Under the pieces are notes generated by a model that was not told the origin of the DNA, did not search any database, and saw nothing but the letters and a program-made list of their open reading frames with translations. DNA of 64,000 bases from Candidatus Latescibacterota bacterium (GTDB taxonomy: Bacteria > Latescibacterota > UBA2968 > UBA8231): positions 4,896,001-4,960,000 of the forward strand of contig OZ242214.1 of NCBI GenBank assembly GCA_965206595.1, written 5' to 3'. Of the stretch, positions 18,351 to 29,309 are shown piece after piece. How positions within the stretch are numbered: the stretch's first letter is position 1; every line of letters begins with the position of its first letter. A program made the position numbers and the translations under genes.

Positions 18351-19483
18351 TAGTGGCCCGTCCGGTTCGCCCGGCTCAGGGTGAGAAGCGCGATTTCGGA
18401 AGGGACACCGAGCCGTAGCGGGGGACCCCAGTAGCCGGTGCCCCGGTGGACGTAGATCCAGGTGTCGCGAACCTTGTGCAAGCCCGCCACAAACGGCTGT
18501 TGCAGGGGAATTGCGTACTTCCACGGCACGAACTGGCCGCCGTGCGTGTGACCCGAAAGCTGCAGGTGGCAGCCGGCCCGGCTGGCCGCCTCTATGCTGC
18601 GCGGCTGGTGCGCGAGAAGGATGCGCACATCGGCGCCGTCGCTGGAAGCAAGGGCCTTGGCCGGGTCCGATGCGTGGCCGGGGACCATCTCGCCGGCGCT
18701 GAAGTCGGTCGTGCCAGCCAGGGCGATCCGCCCGCCGCCGCAGTCGATCTGGCAAACCTCGTTTATCAGCACCTTGAAGCCGAGGCGGCGCGCCTGCTCC
18801 GTCCAGCCCTCCACGCCGGAGTAGTATTCGTGGTTGCCGGTACAGAAATACACCCCGAGCGGAGCGGTGAGCTCGGACAGGGCAGCGGTATGAGGGGCGA
18901 GTCGTTCGACGGTCCCGTCGGCGAAATCCCCGGTGAAGGCGATCAGGTCGGGTTGGAGTTCGTTGACCCGGGCGACAACGCGCTCGACAAAAGGTGCCTT
19001 GATGGTCGGGCCGACGTGAAGGTCGCTGATCTGGACGATGCGCAGCCCGACCAGCGCGTCCGGAAGATTCGGGATAGGAACATCGACCCGGCTTACCGCT
19101 GGCGTACGGCGGGCCTGATAGAAGCCATAGCCCCCTGCGACCACCGCCAGAATGACGGTCGCCAAGTCGATGCCGGCCTTGAGCGCGGCGTCGGCAGGAT
19201 AGACCAGTCCCAGGACCAATCCCCCGATATCGCGCAGGACCAGCAAGGACGAGCAGACGGTGAAGAAGCCCATGCCGAGGTAGGCCACCCAGGAGAGGGG
19301 ATCCGTCAGCCAGGCCAGATGCGGACGGGAGCGCAGGCGAAAGAGCAACAAGGGGGCAAACAGCAGGAATGCCAGCGCCAGTGCGGCACCGGTATGTGAG
19401 GACGGAGGGAGATAGGGGATGAGCCGCCAGCCCGCATAGCCGTAGATCGAGCCGAGCAGCGCCAGGAAAATCAGTACGAACAT
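18350..19483 (-). CDS. Membrane-anchored metallophosphoesterase (YkuE/YaeI-like)
   Basis: N-terminal TM helices, then SDLH, GDFAD, GNHEYY, LAHQP and SGHTHGGQ. Confidence 0.92.
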   Translation of the reverse strand: MFVLIFLALLGSIYGYAGWRLIPYLPPSSHTGAALALAFLLFAPLLLFRLRSRPHLAWLTDPLSWVAYLGMGFFTVCSSLLVLRDIGGLVLGLVYPADAALKAGIDLATVILAVVAGGYGFYQARRTPAVSRVDVPIPNLPDALVGLRIVQISDLHVGPTIKAPFVERVVARVNELQPDLIAFTGDFADGTVERLAPHTAALSELTAPLGVYFCTGNHEYYSGVEGWTEQARRLGFKVLINEVCQIDCGGGRIALAGTTDFSAGEMVPGHASDPAKALASSDGADVRILLAHQPRSIEAASRAGCHLQLSGHTHGGQFVPWKYAIPLQQPFVAGLHKVRDTWIYVHRGTGYWGPPLRLGVPSEIALLTLSRANRTGH

Positions 19484-19544
19484 GCGATTTCAGTTTCGTG
19501 GGAAGCGCGGCTTTTTCTGGCTGCCCAGATCTTGCAGGTTCCGT

Positions 19545-20447
19545 CTACTTCAGGGATGCCTTGATCCTTCCCCAGGTTATGGATTCGACGGCTGTTTCCT
19601 GGGCGGAAAGTAATAGCCCATCGACATAGAGATCGGCCATACTGTAATAAAGATCGAGCCAGGCCTGGCCTTCCATTTCAGCCGGATACCAGGAAAACCC
19701 GCTGCATCCACATTCATGGAAGTCTTCTTCTTGCTCAATAACTTCAACAGAAAAACCGACAATCTGATGGGCGGACAGGTTGCTGAAAAGGGTTTCCCCC
19801 ACATCCTCTCCCCACTCGTCAAACGGAGTGACATACAGCTCGATTACGCTTATGGTGGGATTCTCTCCTGCTGCCATCCCTCCTGCATCTCCGTAAGGAG
19901 GGTAAACCCTCCAGGACTTTGGTATTCTCCCCCCATATTCCCACCGGGTCCCGTCGTCCAGGATCGGCCCAGTTTCTGTTTGAGCAACAGCTGAATACCT
20001 CTGTGCGTCCCCATGCACTTCCATCAACTGCTCCCTGGTAGGAGAGAACCACTGCCTCTCCCCCTTTCCTCCAGCGTGATCCGCATCGATTTGGAAAACA
20101 ATGCTGTCATGGACAAACATCCCACCGCGTCCGGTATGGTTGTGGGTGTTTCGGTAAACATCGTCGGCGATAATGAAAGCTGCGTAAACCCGATCGGGTT
20201 CGTCGTGCCAGGCAAGCCAGACGCGGAAGTCGAGGTTGGACGGATCGTGGGGACGGTCCGAGAAAGTTTTGAAGTCCAGTAACGTCATGCTCGGTTCGCC
20301 AACTTCATGCCATTCGTCTATCGATCCATCGTGCAGGTCGATCTTCTCCAGCATCTCATCCGTCAATTGGTAGAAGGGGTACAGGCGGGTTCCGCTGTGC
20401 GCTTCTGCAGCCGATACCATGCACAAAATTATCAGGATTTTACTCAT
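19545..20447 (-). CDS. Secreted DOMON/CBM9-like protein, family copy 1 (C-terminal TWGRIKASL)
   Basis: Signal peptide ..AEAH, then DGSIDEW, LDFRVWLAW, DADHAGG, ELYVTPFD and AVESITWGRIKASLK. Confidence 0.75.
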   Translation of the reverse strand: MSKILIILCMVSAAEAHSGTRLYPFYQLTDEMLEKIDLHDGSIDEWHEVGEPSMTLLDFKTFSDRPHDPSNLDFRVWLAWHDEPDRVYAAFIIADDVYRNTHNHTGRGGMFVHDSIVFQIDADHAGGKGERQWFSPTREQLMEVHGDAQRYSAVAQTETGPILDDGTRWEYGGRIPKSWRVYPPYGDAGGMAAGENPTISVIELYVTPFDEWGEDVGETLFSNLSAHQIVGFSVEVIEQEEDFHECGCSGFSWYPAEMEGQAWLDLYYSMADLYVDGLLLSAQETAVESITWGRIKASLK

Positions 20448-20682
20448 CAGGATCTTTCTGATTCTTCTTTCTCGGTTGGTGTGAGCAGGCGCTGCCGCTC
20501 TCCCCCGAAAAGCCGTAGTTGACAACCATACGCAATTCAGCCACTGTCCGCAGGAAGTGTTCACGCCCCGGCCAATGCCGGGCATCCGGGCCTTCCACAT
20601 CGGTTGAGTTCAATAGGTTTCGAGCAAGGTAAAATCCTGGGCTGACAGGCAGGTAAGGCCGTTGAGCCGTTTGAACAAGAGC

Positions 20683-20895
20683 ATGACAGATTCCATCCAT
20701 CCAAAGCAGTTTCCCGGGCGGTTCCAGCGATACGCGACCAGCGAATTCGGCAGAGAGGGCGAGGAATGGCTTGAGGAACTGCCCTCCATTATCAGGAGGT
20801 GCTGCGACAAGAGGGGCCTGACACTCGGCCGGCCGGCCGATGAGATCAAGGCCAACTATATCGCCTGCGTCGATATGGGAAATGGGGATGGGGTT
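20683..20895 (+). pseudogene. N-terminal fragment of an aminoglycoside/hydroxyurea phosphotransferase (APH(6)-like)
   Basis: FGREGEEWLEELPSIIRRCCDKRGLTLGRP..ANYIA resembles that family's N-terminus. The kinase core is absent. Confidence 0.5.
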
Positions 20896-20994
20896 GAAGC
20901 GGCGGACAGCAACATGCCCGCCGGTACTTCCCGGGCGATGGTCCACCGACCTCGGCACCGGCGTTGGGTTTGGCCGCCGGGCGAATGAGCCCGG

Positions 20995-23250
20995 TCAGTG
21001 CCCGTGGATGGACCTCCCGCCGAGAACGACCGGCGCGGAATCTACGATCTCGAGATCCGCGATTCCCTCCCTGATGCGCACGATGCAGTCGAGCGGCGGC
21101 AGCTCGTACACGGACCGCTCGCCGGTCGTGGGCCAGTGAATCTCCATCCTCGCGATGCGCACGGCACGGCCGAGGCCGATCTCGACCTGCAGGCTCGACG
21201 AACCGAAGCTGCCGCCGGTGCCGACGACCCGGTGGATCTGGCGCAGCTTGCCATCCTCTTGCTGCGCGACCACGTGGACCCGGACGCCGATAGCGGAGCG
21301 GTTGGAGCGGACGCCCTCGAGGCGGAGCGTGATCCAGCGGTTTCCGAAACCGGGGTTCTGGAAGAGGATGTTCTGGTACACGTCGCCGCTGTAGGCCCCC
21401 CCCATGTTGGCGTAGATGTCCTGGTCGCCGTCGTTGTCGAGGTCCCCGAAGGCGATGCCGTGCCCCTTCTGAATACTGCCGAAACCGCCAGCCGTCGTTA
21501 CGTCCTGGAAACGGCGGCCGCCGTCGTTGCGGAGCACCACGTTGGGAACAAGCGTGTACAAAGCGGGTTCGCCGGTGCCGAAGTAGGCGTCGAGAAAGCC
21601 GTCGTTGTCGATGTCGCCGAAGTTCGCCCCCATCGCCAGCAGAACGCGGTCGAATCCGGTTCGTCGGCTGACGTCCTCGAAGGTCCCGTCGCCGCGGTTG
21701 CGGTACAGCCTGCAACGAGCCGCCTCGGTCGGCAGGTCGAGGTACTCGGAGACGACCAGGTCGAGCCCGACGCTGCTGAAGCCGGCGAAGCTTCCGACCA
21801 TCAGGTCCAGCCAGCCGTCGTTGTCATAGTCGAAGAACCAGGTGGGAAAGCTGCGGATCGGTGCGGCGATCCCGGCTGCGGCGGAAACGTCGGAGAAGCT
21901 CCAGCTCCCCCCGACCCCCGGCCCATCGTTACGGTACAGCACGTTCGGCTGATCGAACCTTGAAAGGAACAGGTCGGCCCTGCCGTCGTTGTCGTAGTCG
22001 CCCCACACCGCGCCCTTGACGAAGCCGACGTGGTCGAGACCGACGCTCCACGCCACCTCGGCGAAGGTGCCGTCGCCGTTGTTCCGGTACAGCTCGCAGG
22101 GGTGTTGCCGGGACCTGGACTCGTTGGCGACGAACAGGTCCAGCCAACCGTCGTTGTCGTAGTCGCCCCATGCGGCCGAGTGGCTCGGCTGGAAGCTCAG
22201 GATGCCGGCCCGCTCGGTGACGTCCTCGAAGGAGCCCCCCAGGTTGCGGAGAAGCGAATTGGGGTACACTCCGAGGTTCCCGAGCCAGGCTCCCCGGAGC
22301 ACGAGCAGGTCGGGGTGGCCGTCGTTGTCGTAGTCGGCGTGCTCCAGGTTGATTCCGCCCGTCAGCCCTGTCAGGCCGGCGGCGCCGGTGCGGTCGGCGA
22401 AACGGCCGTCCGCCCGGTTCTCGAAATAGCGCAGCGGATCGGTCGGGCCCCAGGATGAGGTGACCACGTCGAGGTAACCGTCACCGTTGAAGTCCTCGAC
22501 GACCGATCCTCCCGAGGTCGACAGGTGGGCGACTTCCGCAGCCGGGGCGACGTCCCGAAAGCGCTGGAGCTCGAAATCCGAGTCGAATACCGACGGGGGA
22601 ACGAGCCAGCCTTCAGGCACGTTTTCAGGGTACTCGCCGAGTGTCATGTACGCTATGTTCAGCAACCAGCGGGAGCTCAGGTCTTCGGGATCTTCTTCGA
22701 GGAGGCTGCGGTAGATCTCGACCGCCGCCCGCGATCCCCGCTGGAGACGGTGGATTCCGCGTTCCTGGATCGGAAGCAGGCAGGAGTCGATGGTGTGGTC
22801 GAGGATGCAGTTCTCCTGCTCGCCGATACGCAGGTACGAAATCGCCTTCAGCCGTCGGAGCTGCCGCTTGTTCTGCGGCGTCGAGTAACGCGCGTCCTTC
22901 CCGAGGAGCCCGGTCAACCGATGGACCTGGCGCACGGCATCCTCGGACCGGCCCGCCCGCAGCAGCTCGACGGCGTGCTGCACCTGGAAGAAGAGCGGCG
23001 GCGGGCTCGCGGACGCTGCAGTCTTTCGCTCGATCATCTCGACTCGCAGGTCGTTGCTGTACGGCGTGTTGCGCAAGCCGGCATCTTCCGCGAGGCGCTG
23101 GAGCCGCTCCGCCATGGGCAGATTCGCAGCGCGCGCCGAATTCTCTTCGGGAGGGTCCGTGGCCGAGGGCTCCGGCGAGGAGTCGGCGCACCCACCGCCG
23201 AGGCTCGCCAGGGCCAGAGCCAGGACCACAGCCGTTGGAATCCGCCGCAC
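20995..23250 (-). CDS. CRTAC1-family (FG-GAP/VCBS repeats plus ASPIC/UnbV) lipoprotein
   Basis: Lipobox-like LGGGC, repeated DYDNDGxxDL, and C-terminal SNRSAIGVRV...GGSFGSSSL..EIGLG. Confidence 0.9.
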   Translation of the reverse strand: MRRIPTAVVLALALASLGGGCADSSPEPSATDPPEENSARAANLPMAERLQRLAEDAGLRNTPYSNDLRVEMIERKTAASASPPPLFFQVQHAVELLRAGRSEDAVRQVHRLTGLLGKDARYSTPQNKRQLRRLKAISYLRIGEQENCILDHTIDSCLLPIQERGIHRLQRGSRAAVEIYRSLLEEDPEDLSSRWLLNIAYMTLGEYPENVPEGWLVPPSVFDSDFELQRFRDVAPAAEVAHLSTSGGSVVEDFNGDGYLDVVTSSWGPTDPLRYFENRADGRFADRTGAAGLTGLTGGINLEHADYDNDGHPDLLVLRGAWLGNLGVYPNSLLRNLGGSFEDVTERAGILSFQPSHSAAWGDYDNDGWLDLFVANESRSRQHPCELYRNNGDGTFAEVAWSVGLDHVGFVKGAVWGDYDNDGRADLFLSRFDQPNVLYRNDGPGVGGSWSFSDVSAAAGIAAPIRSFPTWFFDYDNDGWLDLMVGSFAGFSSVGLDLVVSEYLDLPTEAARCRLYRNRGDGTFEDVSRRTGFDRVLLAMGANFGDIDNDGFLDAYFGTGEPALYTLVPNVVLRNDGGRRFQDVTTAGGFGSIQKGHGIAFGDLDNDGDQDIYANMGGAYSGDVYQNILFQNPGFGNRWITLRLEGVRSNRSAIGVRVHVVAQQEDGKLRQIHRVVGTGGSFGSSSLQVEIGLGRAVRIARMEIHWPTTGERSVYELPPLDCIVRIREGIADLEIVDSAPVVLGGRSIHGH

Positions 23251-23260
23251 CGGCTCCCCT

Positions 23261-25300
23261 TCAGCCCAGCTCCCTGGGCACGGTGACGCTCCAGCTCTTG
23301 TCGAAGCAGCGGTCGCCGTCGACGGTCACTTCCACCGTGGTCGAGAAACGGTAGGCTTCCGCGTCGCTTCTCAGGACCTCCTTCGCCTCGACGACGATTC
23401 TCTTGTCCGGATGCGGCGGCTCGTACACGTAGCCGGCCTTCAGCACGGTTTCGGCCGGATTCTTCGGCGACACCGTGTATGTCGACCACGCCCGCCCAGG
23501 GACAGCGCGACCGGTCCCGTCCCTCTCCAGGGTGGCGGTCACGGTGCCGGCGACGTGGTCGTGGGTGATCTCGTGCCGGTTGGGGGGCAGGTCCTCCATC
23601 GTCGCCGGCGAATGCGGCGAAGGTTCGAACTGGGGCTCCGGCAGGGACAGAGTTCGCGCCGGGGTCAGCGGCAGCACTACACGGGACGGGCAGTTCCGTC
23701 CGCAGTACACGCTGTTGACCGCAGGAAACGGGGTGGGCCAGGCGTTCTGAAAATCGGCGCTGGCGACGCTCAGGCGAATGCGGTGGCCCTTCTCGAAGAG
23801 GTAGGAGAGGTACTTCATGTCGATGCGCAGCTCGTAGACCTCACCCGGTTCCATCGGCTCGGGACGGGAGTGCGAGCTCCGGTGCGTCCCCAGCAGCCCG
23901 CCGTCGGTCAGCCACTTCGAGGTGCCGTCCGGGGCGACGTCGGTCAGCTTCACGTGGAAGTACGCGGTCTCGGCGCTGGAGGAGACGTGCAGCACCGCCA
24001 CGGGATTGCCGGTTACCTCGAGATCCCGCTCCAGCGGCGGCGTGGTCCAGGTCAGCGACAGGGCCTCGTCGAGCCGCTGGTCGACCGGCATGGCCCACGG
24101 CATGATGCCGCCGCCCCAGTAGATGCCGGCGGTGATGCCGACCGCGGGGTTGTAGTCGTACTCGCGGACGCCACCCTCGCAGTCCGGGGCCTCGCTGCTC
24201 AGCTCTTCGCCGGGATGTAGGTAGAAGGGAGTGTCCCGGTTTCGCGCCGGAGGCCACTCTTCCTCCGCTCTCCAGAACCCGGCGTCCTCCAGGTACATGT
24301 GCGCCGCCGGCTCCTTGTACTTGCGCACGAAAAGGGAGACCGGCGGCTCATCCATCACCCCGGTTTCCTCCCCTTTCAGCCAGCGGTCGTACCACTTCAG
24401 CATCTCGTGCCTGAAGTCGATCCGGGGACCCGGCAGCGCGTCCTCGGGCCAGTAATGGCCCCACGGACCCAGCAGGATCTTTTTGGGAACCCCCAGCTCG
24501 GAGAAAGCCCGCAGGATCGGGGTGGGGTAGGGGTCGGCCCATCCGCACCAGAACAGCACCGGCACCTCGATGCGGCCGTAGTCCGGCTGCAGGGAACGCT
24601 CCCTCCAGTAGGGTCCCTGCAATGGATGGGAGATGTAGCCGATTCCCCAGGGAATGTTGTTCTCCAGGCGCTCCTGCCACAGCTCCTCCCACAGCGGCCC
24701 CGCGATCTCGGCGTCGGGGGGAGCGAAGTTGTAGGCCGTCATCAGCGGCGAGTAGCTGTCGAACATGTAGGGGCGGATCGAGCCCCCGGGGTGGGTCCAG
24801 TCGAGGTAGACGTCGGTGTTGGAAGATCCCATCACCAGGGTCCTGAGATGGGGAGGCCTCTGCGCGGCCACCTGCCACTGCACGACGCCGCCGTAAGACA
24901 TCCCCCACATGCCCACGGCGCCGGTGCACCAGGGCTGGGCGGCTACCCATTCCACCGCTTCGTACCCGTCCCGCCGTTCCCGCTGCGAGTAGATGTCGGT
25001 GCTCGAGCCCCCCGAGTTGCCGGTGCCGCGGACGTCGTAACAGACGACGGCGTAGCCGCGGCGGGCGAACCAGGCGGGCCCGTGCCGGCGGTGGTCGTAG
25101 CCGCTCTCCGAAACGCCGGCTTCAATCCGGGCCAACCGGCGGTAGGGGTGATACTCGACAATCGCGGGAAACTCCCCGGGCGCGTTGGGACGCGCGACCA
25201 CGGCCGCCAGCTCGACGCCGTCGCTCATCGGCATGCGCACGCGGCGGTCGAGCTTCACCTCGAATTCCGGCCCGGATACCGGCCTGCTCTGTCCGTTCAT
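23261..25300 (-). CDS. CocE/NonD-family hydrolase
   Basis: MPMSDGVEL, YDVRGTGNSGG, GMWGMSYGG and a C-terminal PepX_C-like domain. Confidence 0.92.
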   Translation of the reverse strand: MNGQSRPVSGPEFEVKLDRRVRMPMSDGVELAAVVARPNAPGEFPAIVEYHPYRRLARIEAGVSESGYDHRRHGPAWFARRGYAVVCYDVRGTGNSGGSSTDIYSQRERRDGYEAVEWVAAQPWCTGAVGMWGMSYGGVVQWQVAAQRPPHLRTLVMGSSNTDVYLDWTHPGGSIRPYMFDSYSPLMTAYNFAPPDAEIAGPLWEELWQERLENNIPWGIGYISHPLQGPYWRERSLQPDYGRIEVPVLFWCGWADPYPTPILRAFSELGVPKKILLGPWGHYWPEDALPGPRIDFRHEMLKWYDRWLKGEETGVMDEPPVSLFVRKYKEPAAHMYLEDAGFWRAEEEWPPARNRDTPFYLHPGEELSSEAPDCEGGVREYDYNPAVGITAGIYWGGGIMPWAMPVDQRLDEALSLTWTTPPLERDLEVTGNPVAVLHVSSSAETAYFHVKLTDVAPDGTSKWLTDGGLLGTHRSSHSRPEPMEPGEVYELRIDMKYLSYLFEKGHRIRLSVASADFQNAWPTPFPAVNSVYCGRNCPSRVVLPLTPARTLSLPEPQFEPSPHSPATMEDLPPNRHEITHDHVAGTVTATLERDGTGRAVPGRAWSTYTVSPKNPAETVLKAGYVYEPPHPDKRIVVEAKEVLRSDAEAYRFSTTVEVTVDGDRCFDKSWSVTVPRELG

Positions 25301-25467
25301 GTCATTTCCCTCGGTAATCAACGCCCAACCTATGCCGGGCACCCCCGGGCTGTCCACGTTTCCCCCTGCCAGGGGAAATGCCGTTCTCCGGGACTTGGGC
25401 AGGTCCCGGGATCCGATATCTTCCCTGCAGCACCCTGTCTTGCCGCCCCGAACCGGAGACCGCCGGC

Positions 25468-26617
25468 ATGGACACTCGCTCGACTGACATCGCACCCGTC
25501 GTGAAAGCCTGGTGTGCCGCGGGCCTGCTTTCCGCCGGCCTCGCACTGGCGCCGTCCGCCTGGGCGCAAGAGGAGGAGAGATGGGTGTTCGGAGGCGCCG
25601 GCGGGGAGACCTGGCGAGCCCATGTCGACCTCAATGTCATGGCCGTTTTCGTCGGCTCGCAGGGACCGATAACGGATGATTTCGACAATTGGTCCCCATG
25701 GTCCGGCCCCCTGGCCGAATCCGGGAGCCGCCCCGGTCTCGCCAGCGGCCGATGGTTCGCGGTGCAGATCGAAATGCGATCCGGGAGTCCTTCCGACTTC
25801 GCGCGGCTGGACTCGCTGTCGATCGAGATCATCCCGTTGCTCGCGGACCGAGTGGTCGCGGAAGTGGCGAAGGCCGGCGACGGCCTGTCGCCGCTGGCTT
25901 CCGAGGTGCCTCTCGGAGAGGAGGTCGAGCTGTCCTACGCCATCAGCGCCGAGTTCGAGGAGATTGAAGGCGGCTTCGACGCCGTGCACATCGGCACACC
26001 CTCGCGGCCGACCTTCCGCGGCCTGCGCATCGGAACCCCTCTCGACGAGGTGGCGCCGGACAGCGTCGCCCTCGACGAGAAGGGCCTGACCGTATATCTG
26101 CCTGGCCGCATCGAGGCGGACGAGGATCTCCGCATCGGGCTCGGCACCGTGTTGTACACCGTCGCCGCGGAGCTGGACGGGATAGTCTTCAACCGCGCCG
26201 AGCCCGGCCGCGGCCAGCCTGTCATCGGCGGGGACGCCACCGGGGAGATCGCCAGCAACAGCCTGCAACTGCTGTCGTCGGGAAACGAACTGGAGCGGAC
26301 GATCTCCGGCGTCGACATCCGCCCGCGCGCGATCACCCCCAACGGCGACGGCTTCAACGACCTCATGGAGATCGGGTTCGCCCTGTTCGGCGTGCTCGAA
26401 ACCGATGTCGAGATCGTCTTCTACGACTTGGGCGGAAACGCGGTGAGCCGCATCATGGGCACGAGCGCCGGCCCGGGTACAAAACGCGCTCGAATGGGAC
26501 GGAACGGACGAGGAGGGGAGGGCGCTCACACCGGGAGTGTACCTGTGCGAAGTCGCCGCCGAGACCGGTAGAGGCCGCTTCAAGTCCATCATCCCGGTGG
26601 CCGTGGCCTCCTATTGA
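25468..26617 (+). pseudogene. Secreted protein with a C-terminal FlgD-like Ig domain, frameshifted near 26480
   Basis: Signal peptide and ITPNGDGFND. The C-terminal LEWDGTDEEG..PGVYL...VAVASY* lies in a different frame from the ORF. Confidence 0.7.
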
Positions 26618-26645
26618 GGGTCGCCTTAACTAAAGAGAAGACTCA

Positions 26646-26981
26646 ATGCTCCACTTGATCCCGGAAGAACAGCGATGGCTCGACGCATACCGCCAAATTC
26701 TGGACGACCGGTTCCCCGGCCTTGTGGAAGAGTTTTTGATTTTCGGCTCCAAAGCCCGCGGCGATTCCACCCCTGATTCGGATCTGGATCTCCTTCTCGT
26801 CATCAGGGAAGGGGACTGGCGCCGAAAAGAGGAGATCACCCGACCGGGGAACATGCTGGCCATCGGCACCGACGCGGTGCCTTCCTTCGTTGTGTACACG
26901 CGAGAAGAATGGGAGCAGCGCCGTGAGGACCGGGCCCCTTTCTGGCAGACCGTGACCAGAGACGGAGTTCCGGTCCTGTGA
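26646..26981 (+). CDS. Minimal nucleotidyltransferase (MNT antitoxin)
   Basis: IFGSKARGDSTPDSDLDLLLV (GSxARG..DxD). Confidence 0.9.
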   Translation: MLHLIPEEQRWLDAYRQILDDRFPGLVEEFLIFGSKARGDSTPDSDLDLLLVIREGDWRRKEEITRPGNMLAIGTDAVPSFVVYTREEWEQRREDRAPFWQTVTRDGVPVL

Positions 26982-27035
26982 ACCCCGCGTGCATACAGGC
27001 CGAGTTCGCCCGAGCAGAGAAAGCCGCGAGAGCCT
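26978..27035 (+). pseudogene. Truncated HEPN partner gene (first about 19 codons)
   Basis: GTGA overlap with the MNT stop. MNPACIQAEFARAEKAARA resembles a HEPN N-terminal helix, then similarity is lost. Confidence 0.45.
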
Positions 27036-27159
27036 CGGCTTCGAACTCCATGCCTTGGAGTGCAAAGCCGAGGCTTCCTGTGATCGCCCAGACGATCTCG
27101 GTGTTCTGAAGCTTCCCGTAGATGATCTTCAGGGCCCTCGAATGTGGCGAGGAAGTCAT
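27036..27159 (-). pseudogene. N-terminal fragment of a nucleotidyltransferase-like gene
   Basis: KLQNTEIVWAITGSLGFALQGM resembles the 'WAxTGSxxxALQG' NTase N-terminus. It is truncated at the HEPN junction. Confidence 0.4.
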
Positions 27160-27258
27160 CTCAACCTGTCGATTACCGAATCTCCAGTTAACGCACCGAG
27201 GCCGACGGGCGCCCTTCTTGGAAGGGTATAGGCTATAAACCGTCTGAAACTTATCAAC

Positions 27259-28215
27259 TTAGTATCTCAACGAGGCCTTTATCATGCCCCAGGAACTCGG
27301 TCGGACCGCACTTTAAAAAAAGCCATCTGCATGCAAAAGCGCACCATCCACAAAAGCATCCGCCGTTTCAGAAGGATTCCCACCACCCTTGGACCAATCA
27401 TAAATCCTGTACCCATCACCTTCGGATGAGTCCAGGTCTCCATCTCCAACTGCGAGGAAAAAACCAATCACTTTACCGCCCTCCAACTCGGAAGCCACAC
27501 TGCCTTCCGGGTCGTCATTCAAATAGTCGAAGGGAGTCACAAAAAATTCAATCACCCAGACCACAGGAAACTCACCCGCAGCCCCGTCACCCCCTTGGGC
27601 GTAGGGAGGATCTCCTGCCCAATCGAATTCGTAAGGTTCCCCGAAAGGATCATTCGTCATACCCACGGAAAACTCTGGCTCGTAAACATAAGGGGAAGAG
27701 TAGGACTGGGCATGCCGAAGACCTTCCTGGAGCCGTTCCCCCGAAAAAAACCGATACTGACCCCCTGAGTGGTCCCCATCGATTCCCGCGTACAAACAAT
27801 CTATCTCTTCATGACGACTCTTACGATGCCTGACATGCACGTCGTCTGCGAACTGTCCAGAGACATACAACCGGTTGTGTGTGTCATTCCACCCTAGCCA
27901 AATTCTGAAGTCGAGGTCCGCTGGATCATAGGCCACTGTCTCTCTATTCAGCGTATTCCGGTCCAAAATTTGTCTGGTGAAATCCAGTGTCGTAAGGGTG
28001 GGCTCGAATAGCTCATCCCACTCGTCTATGCTCCCGTCATAAAGATCTATCACCTCCAGCATGTCGTCCGTGATCTCGAAAATGGGAATGACTCTATCTC
28101 CCCGGTGGGCTAAGGCATGAAAAGATCCAAGAAGAACAAAAACCTGAACTGCAAAAACAATTTCCCGAGCTCGGGATCGGGGGCCTTTTTCCTGAAATTT
28201 GATAATGTTTGCCAT
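27259..28215 (-). pseudogene. DOMON/CBM9-like family copy 2, with a premature in-frame TAA just before the C-terminal motif
   Basis: ORF 28215-27313 ends ADGFF*. The same frame continues SAVRPSSWGMIKASLRY* to 27259. Confidence 0.75.
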
Positions 28216-28281
28216 GGGACTTCCTCCTACCCTATCGGCTTACCAGCGACCGAACGGGTTAACCAGTACGCTTCACCTACG

Positions 28282-29227
28282 TTAGTATCCCAACGAAGCC
28301 TTTATCATGCCCCAGGAACTCGGCTGGACAGCGCTGTGTTCCAAAAACTCACCAGCCTCCAACAGCATTCCATCGACAAATAAATCCGCATCCGATGCAG
28401 GATTCCCCTGTCGTCTTAGAAAAGCGTCGTCTATCATGTAGCCAGTTCCCGATTCTTGCGTATGCGCATCATAATCAGCGATCGAAATAAAGAGACCCAC
28501 CACCTTCCCGCCAACCAATTCGGAAGGCAGACTGCTTTCATGGTCGTTCCAGATCAGCTCGTCGAACGGAGTTACGTAAAATTCGAGAACCCAGAACACA
28601 GGGTTTCCCCCGACACTCCCCTGCCCGCCGTCCGCGTAAGGAAGATCGTCCACCCACTCCAATGCTTCCATTCCTTCCGAGTCACCAAACATAAGCCCAA
28701 TAGACAAACCTATACCCCAAGCAGCCGGAGCCAAATATGCTTGCGCAGGACCCATGCTGTCCCGGTGTCTCGGTCCCGAAAACCACCGGTACGGACCGCC
28801 GGAGTGATCGCCGTCCACACGTAATTCCAAGCTATCCTCAGGATGATGTGCCTTTTCTCTGATCTGGTAGTAGTCGTCTGCGGGCCTGAATACTCAAGTA
28901 CAGCCGACCATGCGTAACGTTCCAACCCAGCCATATTCGGAAATCCAAATCCGAGGGGTCATACGGTACGATTTCCCGAGTGGTGATCGAGGTGTACGCA
29001 AAAAAGTCAAGTGTCGTCAAGGAGGGCTCGAATAGCTCTTCCCACTCGTCGATTCTTCCGTCCTTGAGATCGATCAAATCCAGCATGTCATCGGTGATCT
29101 CGTAAATTGGAATGACTCTATCTCCCCGGTGGGCGGAAGCATTGTTGAACCCGACCAGCAGGGGTGCCACAGTCAGAAAACAGATACCAATGGCCGTACA
29201 AGGATTGGGTTTCATGATCCGTTTCAT
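28282..29227 (-). pseudogene. DOMON/CBM9-like family copy 3, +1 frameshift near 28883
   Basis: IQA-[extra C]-ADDYY joins ORFs 28838..29278 and 28282..28830. Ends SSWGMIKASLGY. Confidence 0.78.
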
Positions 29228-29309
29228 ACGGCTCCTCCTTACCAGGTGGGTGAACCAGATCCTAAACGGATCAGCCAAGTTCTGCCAGGCTGACTTCCAT
29301 GTCTACAGC

